The notes under the pieces: generated by a model | What the model saw: only the letters and a program-made list of their open reading frames with translations | Databases searched by the model: none | Told to the model about the DNA's origin: nothing | Translations under genes and position numbers: made by a program | Assembly (NCBI GenBank): GCA_964291625.2 | Contig: OZ220089.1 | Location: 352,001-416,000 of the forward strand | Direction: 5' to 3' | DNA from: Candidatus Latescibacterota bacterium | Lineage (GTDB): Bacteria; Latescibacterota; UBA2968; UBA8231 | DNA length: 64,000 nt | Shown: one piece after another, positions 1 to 8,362 of the stretch | How positions within the stretch are numbered: position 1 is the stretch's first letter | Layout of the letters: the number at the start of each line of letters is the position of its first letter

Positions 1-2
1 CA

Positions 3-1673
3 CCGCGCTGCCGCCCACATGTCTCCCACCGCCGTGAAGGGGGCCTGGCGCCGGCTGGCGGCGTAGTAGGCCTGGGCCCGGGACATGTCCCCGGCGGCGA
101 AGAGCCGGTCCGCCACCTTCAGGACCAGCGGAACCTCCACCGGATGGCGCGTGCGCTCCAGGACCCCCTGGCGCTCCGCCCGGGTCAGCTGCCGCCACCG
201 CTCTCCGGCCCGGCGCCGGAGGCGGATGGCGTTGTGGGCGTTGTAGCGGTCCAGGGGAGGGCTGGCCAGCAGCTCGGCCATGTTGTGGTCCACCTGCCAC
301 CGCAGCACCGGAAGATCGCCCAGTTGCCGCCCGTAGTCGTCGTCCTCCCGGAGGCGTCCGTCGTCCACGGCGGGCGCGGCGGCAGCCGGGACCTCGGCCA
401 TGGCGGCCAGGATGGTGCGCGCCATCAGGATCTGCCCGGCGATGGAAGGGTGTACGTGGTCGACCATCAGTTCCCGGCCCACTCCCTCCGGGGGCGCAGC
501 CTCCGCGAAGGCCCTGGCCACGTCGGCCAGCACGGCGCCGCTCTCCGAGGCCGAGGCGCGAATGGCGCGGTTGTGGCTCTCGGGGGCGCGCCAGGGCATG
601 GTGTCCAGCTCGCGCGCCCCGGCGAAGGCCGCGCGCGCTTCCCCGGGGCGATCGAGGCGCACCAGGGCCCGCCCCTTGAGGTACTGGAGCCAGGCGCTGC
701 CGCCGGCCAGGGCTTCGGCGTCCTCGAGCCGGGCCATCGCCCCGGCAGCGGCCTCGGGGTCGACCCCATCCTGCAGCAGCGCCTCGGCGGCCATCGCCAG
801 GTGCCGCTCCCAGGTGGAGAGCTGCTCGGCCGGAAGCCCCGGCCTCTCGGTGCCGGCCGGCGCGAAGCCGGCGTCGTTGGCGGCCAGGGTGCACAGGATC
901 ACGGGAACCCCCGCGCGCCGGCAGGTCCCGGCCATGCGGGAGAGATTGGCCCGGAGGCCGGCGGGGGCCGACTGCCGGCGGGGATCTTCCAGCGACAGCG
1001 AGCCGCCCTCTTCGCCGAGGACCTGGATCAGGTCGGCGCCGGTGACCTCGGCGCCCAGGACGCGGCCGAGGAGAGAGTGCAGCATCCAGGGAATGTGCCC
1101 GTCCGCGAGGGCGTGGCGGAGGCGGTTGCCCAGGGAACTCCACCGGCTGCCCGCTCCGTAGATGCCGTAGTACTCGTTGTGCCCGGCGTAGGCCACGACC
1201 AGGTCGGGCTCCAGCCCCATGGCGTCCTCCAGCACCTCGGCCACCGCACCGCTGGCCAGGGCGGTGATGCCCAGGTTGAAGACCTGCACCTCCCGTCCGG
1301 GCCAGGCATCCTTCAGCATGGCCTCGAGGAAGGCGGCGGCCGAGAGGGAGGGAGGATGGGGGAACCCCTTCACCGTGGAGGCGCCCACGAAGGCGACTCG
1401 GAAAGGGGCGGGGGACGCGGGTTCGAGGAAGGGGTGGGCATCCATGCTGCCCCTCGCGACGAGCCGGCCCTGGTGGCGGCCGAGGAAGTAGCGCTTCGGG
1501 TACGACGGGTTGACGCTGCGCAACCGCTGCCTCCCGTGCTCGGACATGGTCAGCAGGAACGGCGGCGGTCCACCGGCCTTCACCAGCCGCAGACCCGCCT
1601 CTGCCGCCGCCAGGACGCCGAAGCCCAGGGCGAGGGCCGCCAGCCGAGGCCTCCAGGCCCGCCGCTCCGCCAT
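3..1673 (-). CDS. SGNH/GDSL hydrolase family protein with TPR-like insert, N-terminal membrane anchor (3' end runs off the window)
   Basis: Not in the ORF track because no stop codon lies in the window. Hand translation from ATG at 1673: MAERRAWRPRLAALALGFGVLAAAEAGLRL, then FVGASTVKG (block I), NLG (II), GHNE (III) and DHVHP (block V, near 445-460). Starts 7 nt after the upstream stop. Confidence 0.8.
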   Translation of the reverse strand, partial: MAERRAWRPRLAALALGFGVLAAAEAGLRLVKAGGPPPFLLTMSEHGRQRLRSVNPSYPKRYFLGRHQGRLVARGSMDAHPFLEPASPAPFRVAFVGASTVKGFPHPPSLSAAAFLEAMLKDAWPGREVQVFNLGITALASGAVAEVLEDAMGLEPDLVVAYAGHNEYYGIYGAGSRWSSLGNRLRHALADGHIPWMLHSLLGRVLGAEVTGADLIQVLGEEGGSLSLEDPRRQSAPAGLRANLSRMAGTCRRAGVPVILCTLAANDAGFAPAGTERPGLPAEQLSTWERHLAMAAEALLQDGVDPEAAAGAMARLEDAEALAGGSAWLQYLKGRALVRLDRPGEARAAFAGARELDTMPWRAPESHNRAIRASASESGAVLADVARAFAEAAPPEGVGRELMVDHVHPSIAGQILMARTILAAMAEVPAAAAPAVDDGRLREDDDYGRQLGDLPVLRWQVDHNMAELLASPPLDRYNAHNAIRLRRRAGERWRQLTRAERQGVLERTRHPVEVPLVLKVADRLFAAGDMSRAQAYYAASRRQAPFTAVGDMWAAAR

Positions 1674-1680
1674 GGCAGGG

Positions 1681-2517
1681 TCAGGGACCGCTCCGGAGCA
1701 GGCGGGCCCCGATCGAGGCGGCACGGGCCCCGGGCGCCGCATGAAAGCGGTTGGCGGACCTCAGACGCTGGGCGCCGCTGTGGTGGAAGTACCCGCCCCG
1801 GTAGACCCGCTGCTCACCGGCGGACGGACCCGGCGGATCGGTTCCGGGTGCGCGGCCGTAGTAGTCGGCGGCGTACCAGTCCTGCACCCACTCGCACACA
1901 TTGCCGTGCATGTCGTGGAGCCCCCACCGATTGGGACGTCGGGTAGCCACGGCCTGGGCGTGGCGCCTTCCCGCGTCCCAGGTGTTGCCCGTGTGCCAGG
2001 CGTGGTCACCGAGGAGGGACGGGTCGTCGCCGAAGGACCAGCGGGTCGTGGTCCCGGCCCGGCAGGCGTACTCCCACTCCGCCTCGGTAGGGAGGCGGTA
2101 GAGATCCGCGGCGGCCAGGGTGTTCATCCGGTCCACGAACCCCTGCACCTGGTCCCAGGAGACGTTCACCGCCGGGTACTCCGGCCCCTCCTCCACGAAG
2201 TCCAGGCCCGCCCACGGCCGGCTGCCCATGACGGCCACCCACTGGGCCTGGGTGATCTCGGTGCGGCCCAGGTGGAAGGGCCGCGAGATCCTCACCTCCC
2301 GGAGGGGGCTTTCGTCCGCGTCCCTGCCCGGCTCGGTGACCGGCGAGCCCCTGAGAAAGGCACCGGAGTCAATCCGAACGAAGGCCATCTCCGCGCCGCC
2401 CGGCAGCTCCACCACCAGGGCAGGGTTGCCCCCGTCCGCCACATCCCCCTCCGGCGCACAGCCCAGGCCGAGGGCTCCCGAGGCCAGCATTGCCATCTGC
2501 CTTGCCACCGAGGGCAT
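1681..2517 (-). CDS. Formylglycine-generating enzyme (FGE-sulfatase) domain protein, probable lipoprotein
   Basis: Motifs RLPTEAEWEYACRAG, PNRWGLHDMHGNVCEWVQDWY, RVYRGG and IGARL. Possible lipobox LGLGC. Confidence 0.9.
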   Translation of the reverse strand: MPSVARQMAMLASGALGLGCAPEGDVADGGNPALVVELPGGAEMAFVRIDSGAFLRGSPVTEPGRDADESPLREVRISRPFHLGRTEITQAQWVAVMGSRPWAGLDFVEEGPEYPAVNVSWDQVQGFVDRMNTLAAADLYRLPTEAEWEYACRAGTTTRWSFGDDPSLLGDHAWHTGNTWDAGRRHAQAVATRRPNRWGLHDMHGNVCEWVQDWYAADYYGRAPGTDPPGPSAGEQRVYRGGYFHHSGAQRLRSANRFHAAPGARAASIGARLLRSGP

Positions 2518-2520
2518 GGC

Positions 2521-3771
2521 TCAGTACACGGATTCAGGGCGCGTGTCGATGAATCCGACGGTGCAGTCCACCGTCACCCGGGCGGACAGCCCCTGCATGA
2601 CCTGCGAGACCAGGTCCGGAGCCTGCCGGCCGCCCGGCTGCCCCGCCTCCGCCGTGTCGGCGGCCGCCCCGCCTGGCCTCATGGGGCCGCCGGAGGGCCG
2701 GAAGCGCCAGCCGCGGATCCGGGCGGCGAGGCAATCCCCCACCGCCTCGCTGACCACCGTGGAGGAGAGGGCTTCCGCCTCGGCGACCGTGCCGGGCGGC
2801 AGGATCACGAAGCGGACCGACACCTCTCCCTCCGAGGCCTTGCCGGCCATGGACTCCCTGGCAAAGCACTCGTTCAGCTCGTCCAGGCGGGACTTGATGT
2901 AGGCCTCCACGGCGGTGACGTCGCGCGTGATGTCCCCCGTCACGTTGCCGGTCACCCGGGTGCCGGGCAGCAACTCGGCGCGCGACACCTCCCTGGAGAC
3001 GGTCTGGCGCTGCTCCTCCCAGGCCGCCACCCCGATCTCCCGGTCGAAGTCGAACCCGATGTCGATCGTCTCCAGGGGCTTGCCGAAGGTGTTGAACTTG
3101 AGGACGAAGTCCCGCAGGTTGAGCCGGACCTGCTCGACCTCCGCGTCCAGTGGGTCGAAGACGATGAATCCCCCGTACTCCTCGCCCCGGAAGACCCGCT
3201 CCCCTACGCCGTAGTTGTTGGTCCGCACCAGACCCATGCGCATGTTGAAGCGGTAGTACTCGTTGCCGCTCGGTCCCCTCAGGCTCCGGTAGTAGGACTC
3301 GAAGTTCCTCGGCGACGAACCGGCCAGGACTCCGTAGGGCTCGAGGAGCTCTCCGGGACGGTCGGTGGTCAGGAACGAACGCAGCGGCTGCAGCTCGACC
3401 TTGGCGAAGGAGTAGTTGTGCACGGTGACCCGGAAGACGGTGAACCGGTTGCGCACGTACCCGACAGCCGGGTCGATGTAGTCACCGTAGGTGTACGGAT
3501 TCGTCGAGTACTCCCCCTGGCTGGACTCGGCCGGGAAGAGATCGTTCAGCCGCTGGTCGGTCATGTGCTCCACGTCGATCCTCAAACCCTCCAGGCCATA
3601 GGAGACGGTGCCCCCCTCGCCGACCGTGAAGCTCTCTCCCTGGTCCTCCAGGGCGGTGAGGGAGGAGGTGCGCTGGTAGATCGGCGGGTAGATGACGCTG
3701 CAACTGAGAAGGGCTGGCACGAGGAGGGCCAGAAGCGGCGCCGTCGGGAGGCTTCGGCAGTGGTTTCTCAT
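2521..3771 (-). CDS. Lipoprotein with C-terminal TonB-C-like (AgmX/PglI C-terminal) domain
   Basis: Signal peptide ending LLSC. C-terminal LNECF...GEVSVRFVILPPGTV...AVGDCLAARIRGWRF follows the AgmX/PglI-type TonB-C pattern with its paired Cys. Confidence 0.7.
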   Translation of the reverse strand: MRNHCRSLPTAPLLALLVPALLSCSVIYPPIYQRTSSLTALEDQGESFTVGEGGTVSYGLEGLRIDVEHMTDQRLNDLFPAESSQGEYSTNPYTYGDYIDPAVGYVRNRFTVFRVTVHNYSFAKVELQPLRSFLTTDRPGELLEPYGVLAGSSPRNFESYYRSLRGPSGNEYYRFNMRMGLVRTNNYGVGERVFRGEEYGGFIVFDPLDAEVEQVRLNLRDFVLKFNTFGKPLETIDIGFDFDREIGVAAWEEQRQTVSREVSRAELLPGTRVTGNVTGDITRDVTAVEAYIKSRLDELNECFARESMAGKASEGEVSVRFVILPPGTVAEAEALSSTVVSEAVGDCLAARIRGWRFRPSGGPMRPGGAAADTAEAGQPGGRQAPDLVSQVMQGLSARVTVDCTVGFIDTRPESVY

Positions 3772-3805
3772 GGTCGTTGAAGCACCCCTCTTCGAGGAGG
3801 CCGGG

Positions 3806-5035
3806 TCACTGGCGGCCGGCCTGGTTGTAGAAGTCGATCTGCTGCTGGGCGATGGAGCCCTTCTGGGTGAGGGCGAAGACCACGAGGTTGACGCCGAGCT
3901 TCAGCTGGGGCTCGTTCTCCGTCTCCCGCTCCCAGAGCGCTCCGTAGCCCTTGTCCGAGTAGACGGCCACCAGCCGGTCCCGGAGGTAGATGCCCTCCAG
4001 CCAGTAGGAGGGCCGTCGGGTAGCCGCGTACTGGTTGGACGCGTTGAGCACCTCCCCGCCCAGGGGGGGGCCGCCGTCGAAATCGAAGAAGACGTGGTAG
4101 ATGGGGTTGTCGTCCCGTAGCGGCACGAAGCGGGCATCCCGACCCAGGGCCTCCTTGAACATCGCCTTCATCGAGGCCTCGGCGGGGCCGTACTCCAGGC
4201 GCGGAGCGTCGTTGTCCGCGAGCACGAAACCGCCGTTGCGCAGGTACTTCCCGAGGTTGGCCGCCTCGTGCTTGGTCAGCTCGAAGGCCGACCGCGTGGT
4301 GATGTACACGAAGGGGGCCTTGAAGAGGGCCTGGGAGTCGAGGTACATCTGCTCGTCCACCTTGGCCTCGATCCGCGTCCAGTTGTTGATCCAGCGGGCC
4401 AGCTGAAGCAGCGCCCGGGGCCGCGAGGGCTCCAGGATGGTCCCCCAGGCGCGCGCCAGGTAGACGAAGCCGGTGACGTTGGTCTTGTCCGTGGGATCCT
4501 GGATCACCATTCCCTTGTACTTGCCGGTGTTGATGGCCGACAGGTCCAGGAACTCCGCCTGCATGTCGATCCGTCTCTCGGGCTCCTTCATGCTGGCGAT
4601 GCTGACCGCCTCGAACTGAGGCATCGCCACCACGGCGTCGCCGAGGCCGGTGCCCGCTGCCACGGTGAACTCCGCGCTTCCTCCGGTCCGGCTCCACATG
4701 CGCGTGCCCACCGGCATGCCCGCGCTCACCATGCGCCGTCCGCTGACCGTGGTGGTGGTGCGGTCCCCGCTCGAGCGGACAACGGGGGCGCCTTCGGGAA
4801 CGGCCTCCTTCCTGAAGGCGAACTCCCGGGTCAGCTGCGGCTCGGGCAGGAAGAAGGGGGTCTTCTCCTCGTCCCACTCGATGCGGGCCACCACCTCCTC
4901 CTCTTCCTCCGCCTGTGGCACCAGGTAGAGAAAGAGGGCCAGGGCGTGGAGTGCCGCCGAGGCCGCCAGACCGGCGTGAAAGAGGCGCCGGTTGCGCGAC
5001 AGGACCGTCAGGGAGCCGCTCTGCCGGGGGCTCAC
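3806..5035 (-). CDS. DUF4159 domain protein with N-terminal transmembrane helix
   Basis: GTG start at 5035 overlaps the upstream TGA (GTGA). C-terminal PFVYIT...EAANLGKYLRNGGFVLADN...NPIYHVFFDF...LEGIYLRDRLVAVYSDKGYG..W...KLGVNLVVFALT matches the DUF4159 pattern. Confidence 0.85.
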   Translation of the reverse strand: MSPRQSGSLTVLSRNRRLFHAGLAASAALHALALFLYLVPQAEEEEEVVARIEWDEEKTPFFLPEPQLTREFAFRKEAVPEGAPVVRSSGDRTTTTVSGRRMVSAGMPVGTRMWSRTGGSAEFTVAAGTGLGDAVVAMPQFEAVSIASMKEPERRIDMQAEFLDLSAINTGKYKGMVIQDPTDKTNVTGFVYLARAWGTILEPSRPRALLQLARWINNWTRIEAKVDEQMYLDSQALFKAPFVYITTRSAFELTKHEAANLGKYLRNGGFVLADNDAPRLEYGPAEASMKAMFKEALGRDARFVPLRDDNPIYHVFFDFDGGPPLGGEVLNASNQYAATRRPSYWLEGIYLRDRLVAVYSDKGYGALWERETENEPQLKLGVNLVVFALTQKGSIAQQQIDFYNQAGRQ

Positions 5036-8000
5036 AGGTGCTTCCTCTCGATGGTGAGGCGCCGCCGTTCGCAGAACTCCATCATCCGGGGCGTCACCTG
5101 GGCATTGCCCCGCTCTCCCTGGGTGATGACATCGCCGAAGGCATCCACGGCCTTCTGCCATTCGCCCAGCTGCTGATAGCACACCCCCACGTTCATCTTG
5201 GCCGCCAGGCCGCTGGAGGTCATCGAGTACTGCCGCCACACGGCTTCAAGGGGGCCGATGGCTTGGCGGATCAGGTCGTGGTCGTCTTCTGCGAGGGCCC
5301 GGTTGAAGGCCTCCATGGCGCCGCTGTAGTCCCGGAAGGCGACCGCCTCCCGCACGTCCCGCAGCACCCCTTCGGCCTGCCGGGCGGCCTCGGATTCCGG
5401 GAAGTCGGCCTGGAGCCCCTGGAACAACTCGTAGGCCCGGTCGTAGTCGCCGGCGTTGTAGCTCATCTCGGCCAGGGTGTACCTGGCCGTGGGCAGGTGA
5501 CGCCCCCCGGGGTAACGGGTCAGGTATTCCTCCATGGCCTGCCGCACCGCGGCCTGGTGCTCTGCCGAGGGCTCCGCCGGCGCCTCGTTGAGCAGACACC
5601 AGGCGATGTTGTAGAGGGCCTCCTCGGCCAGCCCGGTCTCCGGGAAGCGCCGGATCACCTGTCGGTAGGTCTGGCGGGCCTCCCCGTAGGCCCCCGAGTT
5701 GTAGCGGCTCTCGGCCAGGCGGAAGAGGGCATCGGCGGCCACGTCCAGGTCCGGGTACTGGTCGACCACCCCCGCGAAGAAGGGGATGGCCCTGCTGAAG
5801 CGGGCCTTGTTGAAGTGCGCATAGCCAAGGTAGTACCGGGCATACCCGGCATTCGGATGCCCGGGGTAGTCGGCCAGCATCCGGCCGAAGCTGGCTGCGG
5901 CCAGGGCGGCGGCGTCGGTCTGGAGCGCTGCCAGGCCGCGCAGGAACAGGAGGTCGGCGGCGAAGAAGCCCCTCGGAAAGGCGCGCAGACCCGCGTCGGC
6001 GCGGTCGAAGGCGCGCGCGAAGTCCTCGGTCCGCACCGCGGACTCCGCCTGCAGGAACCAGGCCTTCTCGCGCAAGTGGTACTGCCGCTCCTCCGGGAGG
6101 GGCCCCTCCTTCAGATCCAGCCCGAGGATCTCCTCGCAGGCGGCGAAGGCGTCGGCGTAGCGGCCCTGCCGGTTGGCGATCTCCGCCTCCGCCAGCAGGT
6201 GCTCGGCGCGCTCGAGGGGACCCGCCGCCGCGTCGGCCATCTGCCGGTAGATGGCCTGGGCCTGGCCGTAATCCCCCAGGTTGGCGTAGGCGGCCGCCAG
6301 GAGGCGCCGCGCCGCGGAGGACAGCTCCGGGTCGGTCCACTCCCGGTTCAGCTCTTCGAGGGCCTCGGAGTACCGCTTCATTCGGAACAACAGGGAGCCG
6401 CGGCTGTACGCCGCCCGCTGCCCCAGGTCGGGGTCGCCCTGGTCGATGACCGCGGCGAAATGCGTCAGGGCTCCCTCCTGCTCTCCCAGCTCCATGGAGG
6501 CGGAGGCGAGCAGGTAGTGGAGAGCCTGACCCTCGGGCCGGCCCTTCGCCTCCAGGCCTTCCTGCAGCACCGCCACCGCCTGCCGGTGCTCTCCCTGCCG
6601 CACCAGGAGCTGCCCGGCCTCCAGGCGCGAGCGGGCGAAGAGCTCGGCTTCCCGGCCCACGGCCAGCAGCTCCCTCAGGGCGCGCTCCTGGTTTCCGGCC
6701 TCCCTCTCCACGATGCCCAGCTCGAAGCGGGCCACGTCCTGTTCGGGCTTCTCCGCCAGCTCGTCGATCACCGTGCGATACGTCTTCGCCGCCATGGCGT
6801 GGTCGCCGAGGCCATGGTGGGTCCGGGCGATCTGGAAGAGGGCGCTCTGGCGGTACCCCTCGGCGTTGGGGGCCTCGGCCACGCTTCCCAGAAAGACCAG
6901 GGCCTCACCCATCTTGTCCGGCTGGTCCTGCAACTGGATGGCCAACCCCAGGTTGAACCGCAGCTCCACGTCGTAGGGGGACCCCGGGTAGGCCGCCAAG
7001 GTGGCGCGCAACTCGCTCTCGGCGCGGCGGTAGTAGTCCAGACGCTCCTCTTCCGGTTGCCTCTCCGCCACGCGGAACCAGGCCCGGGCGATCTGCAGGG
7101 CCACGCCCTCGACCGCGAGGCCGGCCCGTGCGGCCGCGGCCTCGTAGTTCGCCCGGTACACCTCGTACTCACGCACCGCCTCCTCGTAGTGCTCGGTCTC
7201 GAAGTAGCGGTTGGCCAGCAGGAGCTGCATGCGCGCCTTCTGCACCACATCGTCGGTCGCCTCGATGGCCTGGTGGTACACGGCGACGACGGCCGCGAAG
7301 TCCCCCCGCCGGTAGTGCATGTCCGCCTGGCGCAGGTACGCCTCTTCGGCCAGCCGCTGCTCCTCGGCGAAACGTGAGGCCACCAGTTGGAAGGCCTCCT
7401 CGGCCTCGGCGTACTGACCGGTCTTCTCGTGGCACTCCCCGACGCGGATGAGGGCCTTGGCCGCCAGGTCGAGAGCCGTCTCGTCCACCAGGCCGGCGAT
7501 CTTCTGCCGCTTCATCTGCAGGATCTCGCGCTCCGACATCTCCTCGATGCGCTGGGAGTCGACCAGCCGCTGGTAGAAGGGGACGGCCTCCCGGTAGTTC
7601 TCCAGCGCGAAGTGGGCCTCGCCGATCTGGAACAGGGCCCGGCTGCCGCGGTAGCCGCCGGGAAAGCGCTCCACGAGACGTTCGAAGGCGGTTATGCTGT
7701 TGCGGTAGTCTTCCCTGTCATAGTGGGCCCAGCCCACATCGTACATCGCCTGCTCCACATAGGCGCTGGACGGATAGCGCTCGATGAGCAGGGCGGCCCC
7801 CTCGATGGTGCGCTCGTAGTCCTGGATGGCGTACCAGCAGGCCACGGCGCGGCTGCGGGCCAGGGCCTTCAGCGCGTCCACGGTGGACAGCTCCTCGGTC
7901 CTGACGAAGGCGTCGGCCGCCTCCCCGAAGAGGGACCTGGCTCGGTCCTGGTACCGGGAGCGCCGCTCCGGGTCGCGGCTCCTGGCCGCGCTGGCGAGGG

Positions 8001-8283
8001 CTTCCTCGGCGGACTTGAAGTGCGCATTCCCGGTCTGGTACAAGGCCACTTCCTGCAGCGGCGCCGAGATTTCGCCGACGGTCACCGCCACGTCCTTCAT
8101 CTGCAGGAAACGGCTCTGGCTCCGGATGATGCGCTGGTAGGCCTCGATCGCCTGGTCGTAGGCTCCCGAGGCGTAGAACCTCTGGGCGTCGGCGAAGGTC
8201 GCCTGCATCTCCGGAGCCGTGGGCACCGACCGGGTGACGGCGATCATCACCGTCAGGCCTACCAGGGTGATCAACGCGACCAT
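5032..8283 (-). CDS. Large tetratricopeptide-repeat protein (BamD/CpoB-like TPRs), N-terminally anchored
   Basis: 1083 aa with many repeats of the type ALFQIGEAHF...Y..A...Y..L...FP.S. Hydrophobic N-terminus. SD-like GAGGT upstream of ATG 8283. Confidence 0.9.
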   Translation of the reverse strand: MVALITLVGLTVMIAVTRSVPTAPEMQATFADAQRFYASGAYDQAIEAYQRIIRSQSRFLQMKDVAVTVGEISAPLQEVALYQTGNAHFKSAEEALASAARSRDPERRSRYQDRARSLFGEAADAFVRTEELSTVDALKALARSRAVACWYAIQDYERTIEGAALLIERYPSSAYVEQAMYDVGWAHYDREDYRNSITAFERLVERFPGGYRGSRALFQIGEAHFALENYREAVPFYQRLVDSQRIEEMSEREILQMKRQKIAGLVDETALDLAAKALIRVGECHEKTGQYAEAEEAFQLVASRFAEEQRLAEEAYLRQADMHYRRGDFAAVVAVYHQAIEATDDVVQKARMQLLLANRYFETEHYEEAVREYEVYRANYEAAAARAGLAVEGVALQIARAWFRVAERQPEEERLDYYRRAESELRATLAAYPGSPYDVELRFNLGLAIQLQDQPDKMGEALVFLGSVAEAPNAEGYRQSALFQIARTHHGLGDHAMAAKTYRTVIDELAEKPEQDVARFELGIVEREAGNQERALRELLAVGREAELFARSRLEAGQLLVRQGEHRQAVAVLQEGLEAKGRPEGQALHYLLASASMELGEQEGALTHFAAVIDQGDPDLGQRAAYSRGSLLFRMKRYSEALEELNREWTDPELSSAARRLLAAAYANLGDYGQAQAIYRQMADAAAGPLERAEHLLAEAEIANRQGRYADAFAACEEILGLDLKEGPLPEERQYHLREKAWFLQAESAVRTEDFARAFDRADAGLRAFPRGFFAADLLFLRGLAALQTDAAALAAASFGRMLADYPGHPNAGYARYYLGYAHFNKARFSRAIPFFAGVVDQYPDLDVAADALFRLAESRYNSGAYGEARQTYRQVIRRFPETGLAEEALYNIAWCLLNEAPAEPSAEHQAAVRQAMEEYLTRYPGGRHLPTARYTLAEMSYNAGDYDRAYELFQGLQADFPESEAARQAEGVLRDVREAVAFRDYSGAMEAFNRALAEDDHDLIRQAIGPLEAVWRQYSMTSSGLAAKMNVGVCYQQLGEWQKAVDAFGDVITQGERGNAQVTPRMMEFCERRRLTIERKHL

Positions 8284-8362
8284 GGTCCGTTACCTCTGGC
8301 TGCGGGCGGTTGCGGGACGCCGCCCTGGCGCGGTCCGTCCTGCCGCCATGGGAAGGAAGCTC

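Noticed and set aside
1681-1830. FGE/C-type-lectin C-terminus as a possible diversity-generating retroelement target
   Set aside because: No reverse transcriptase and no template repeat of this segment were seen in the window.
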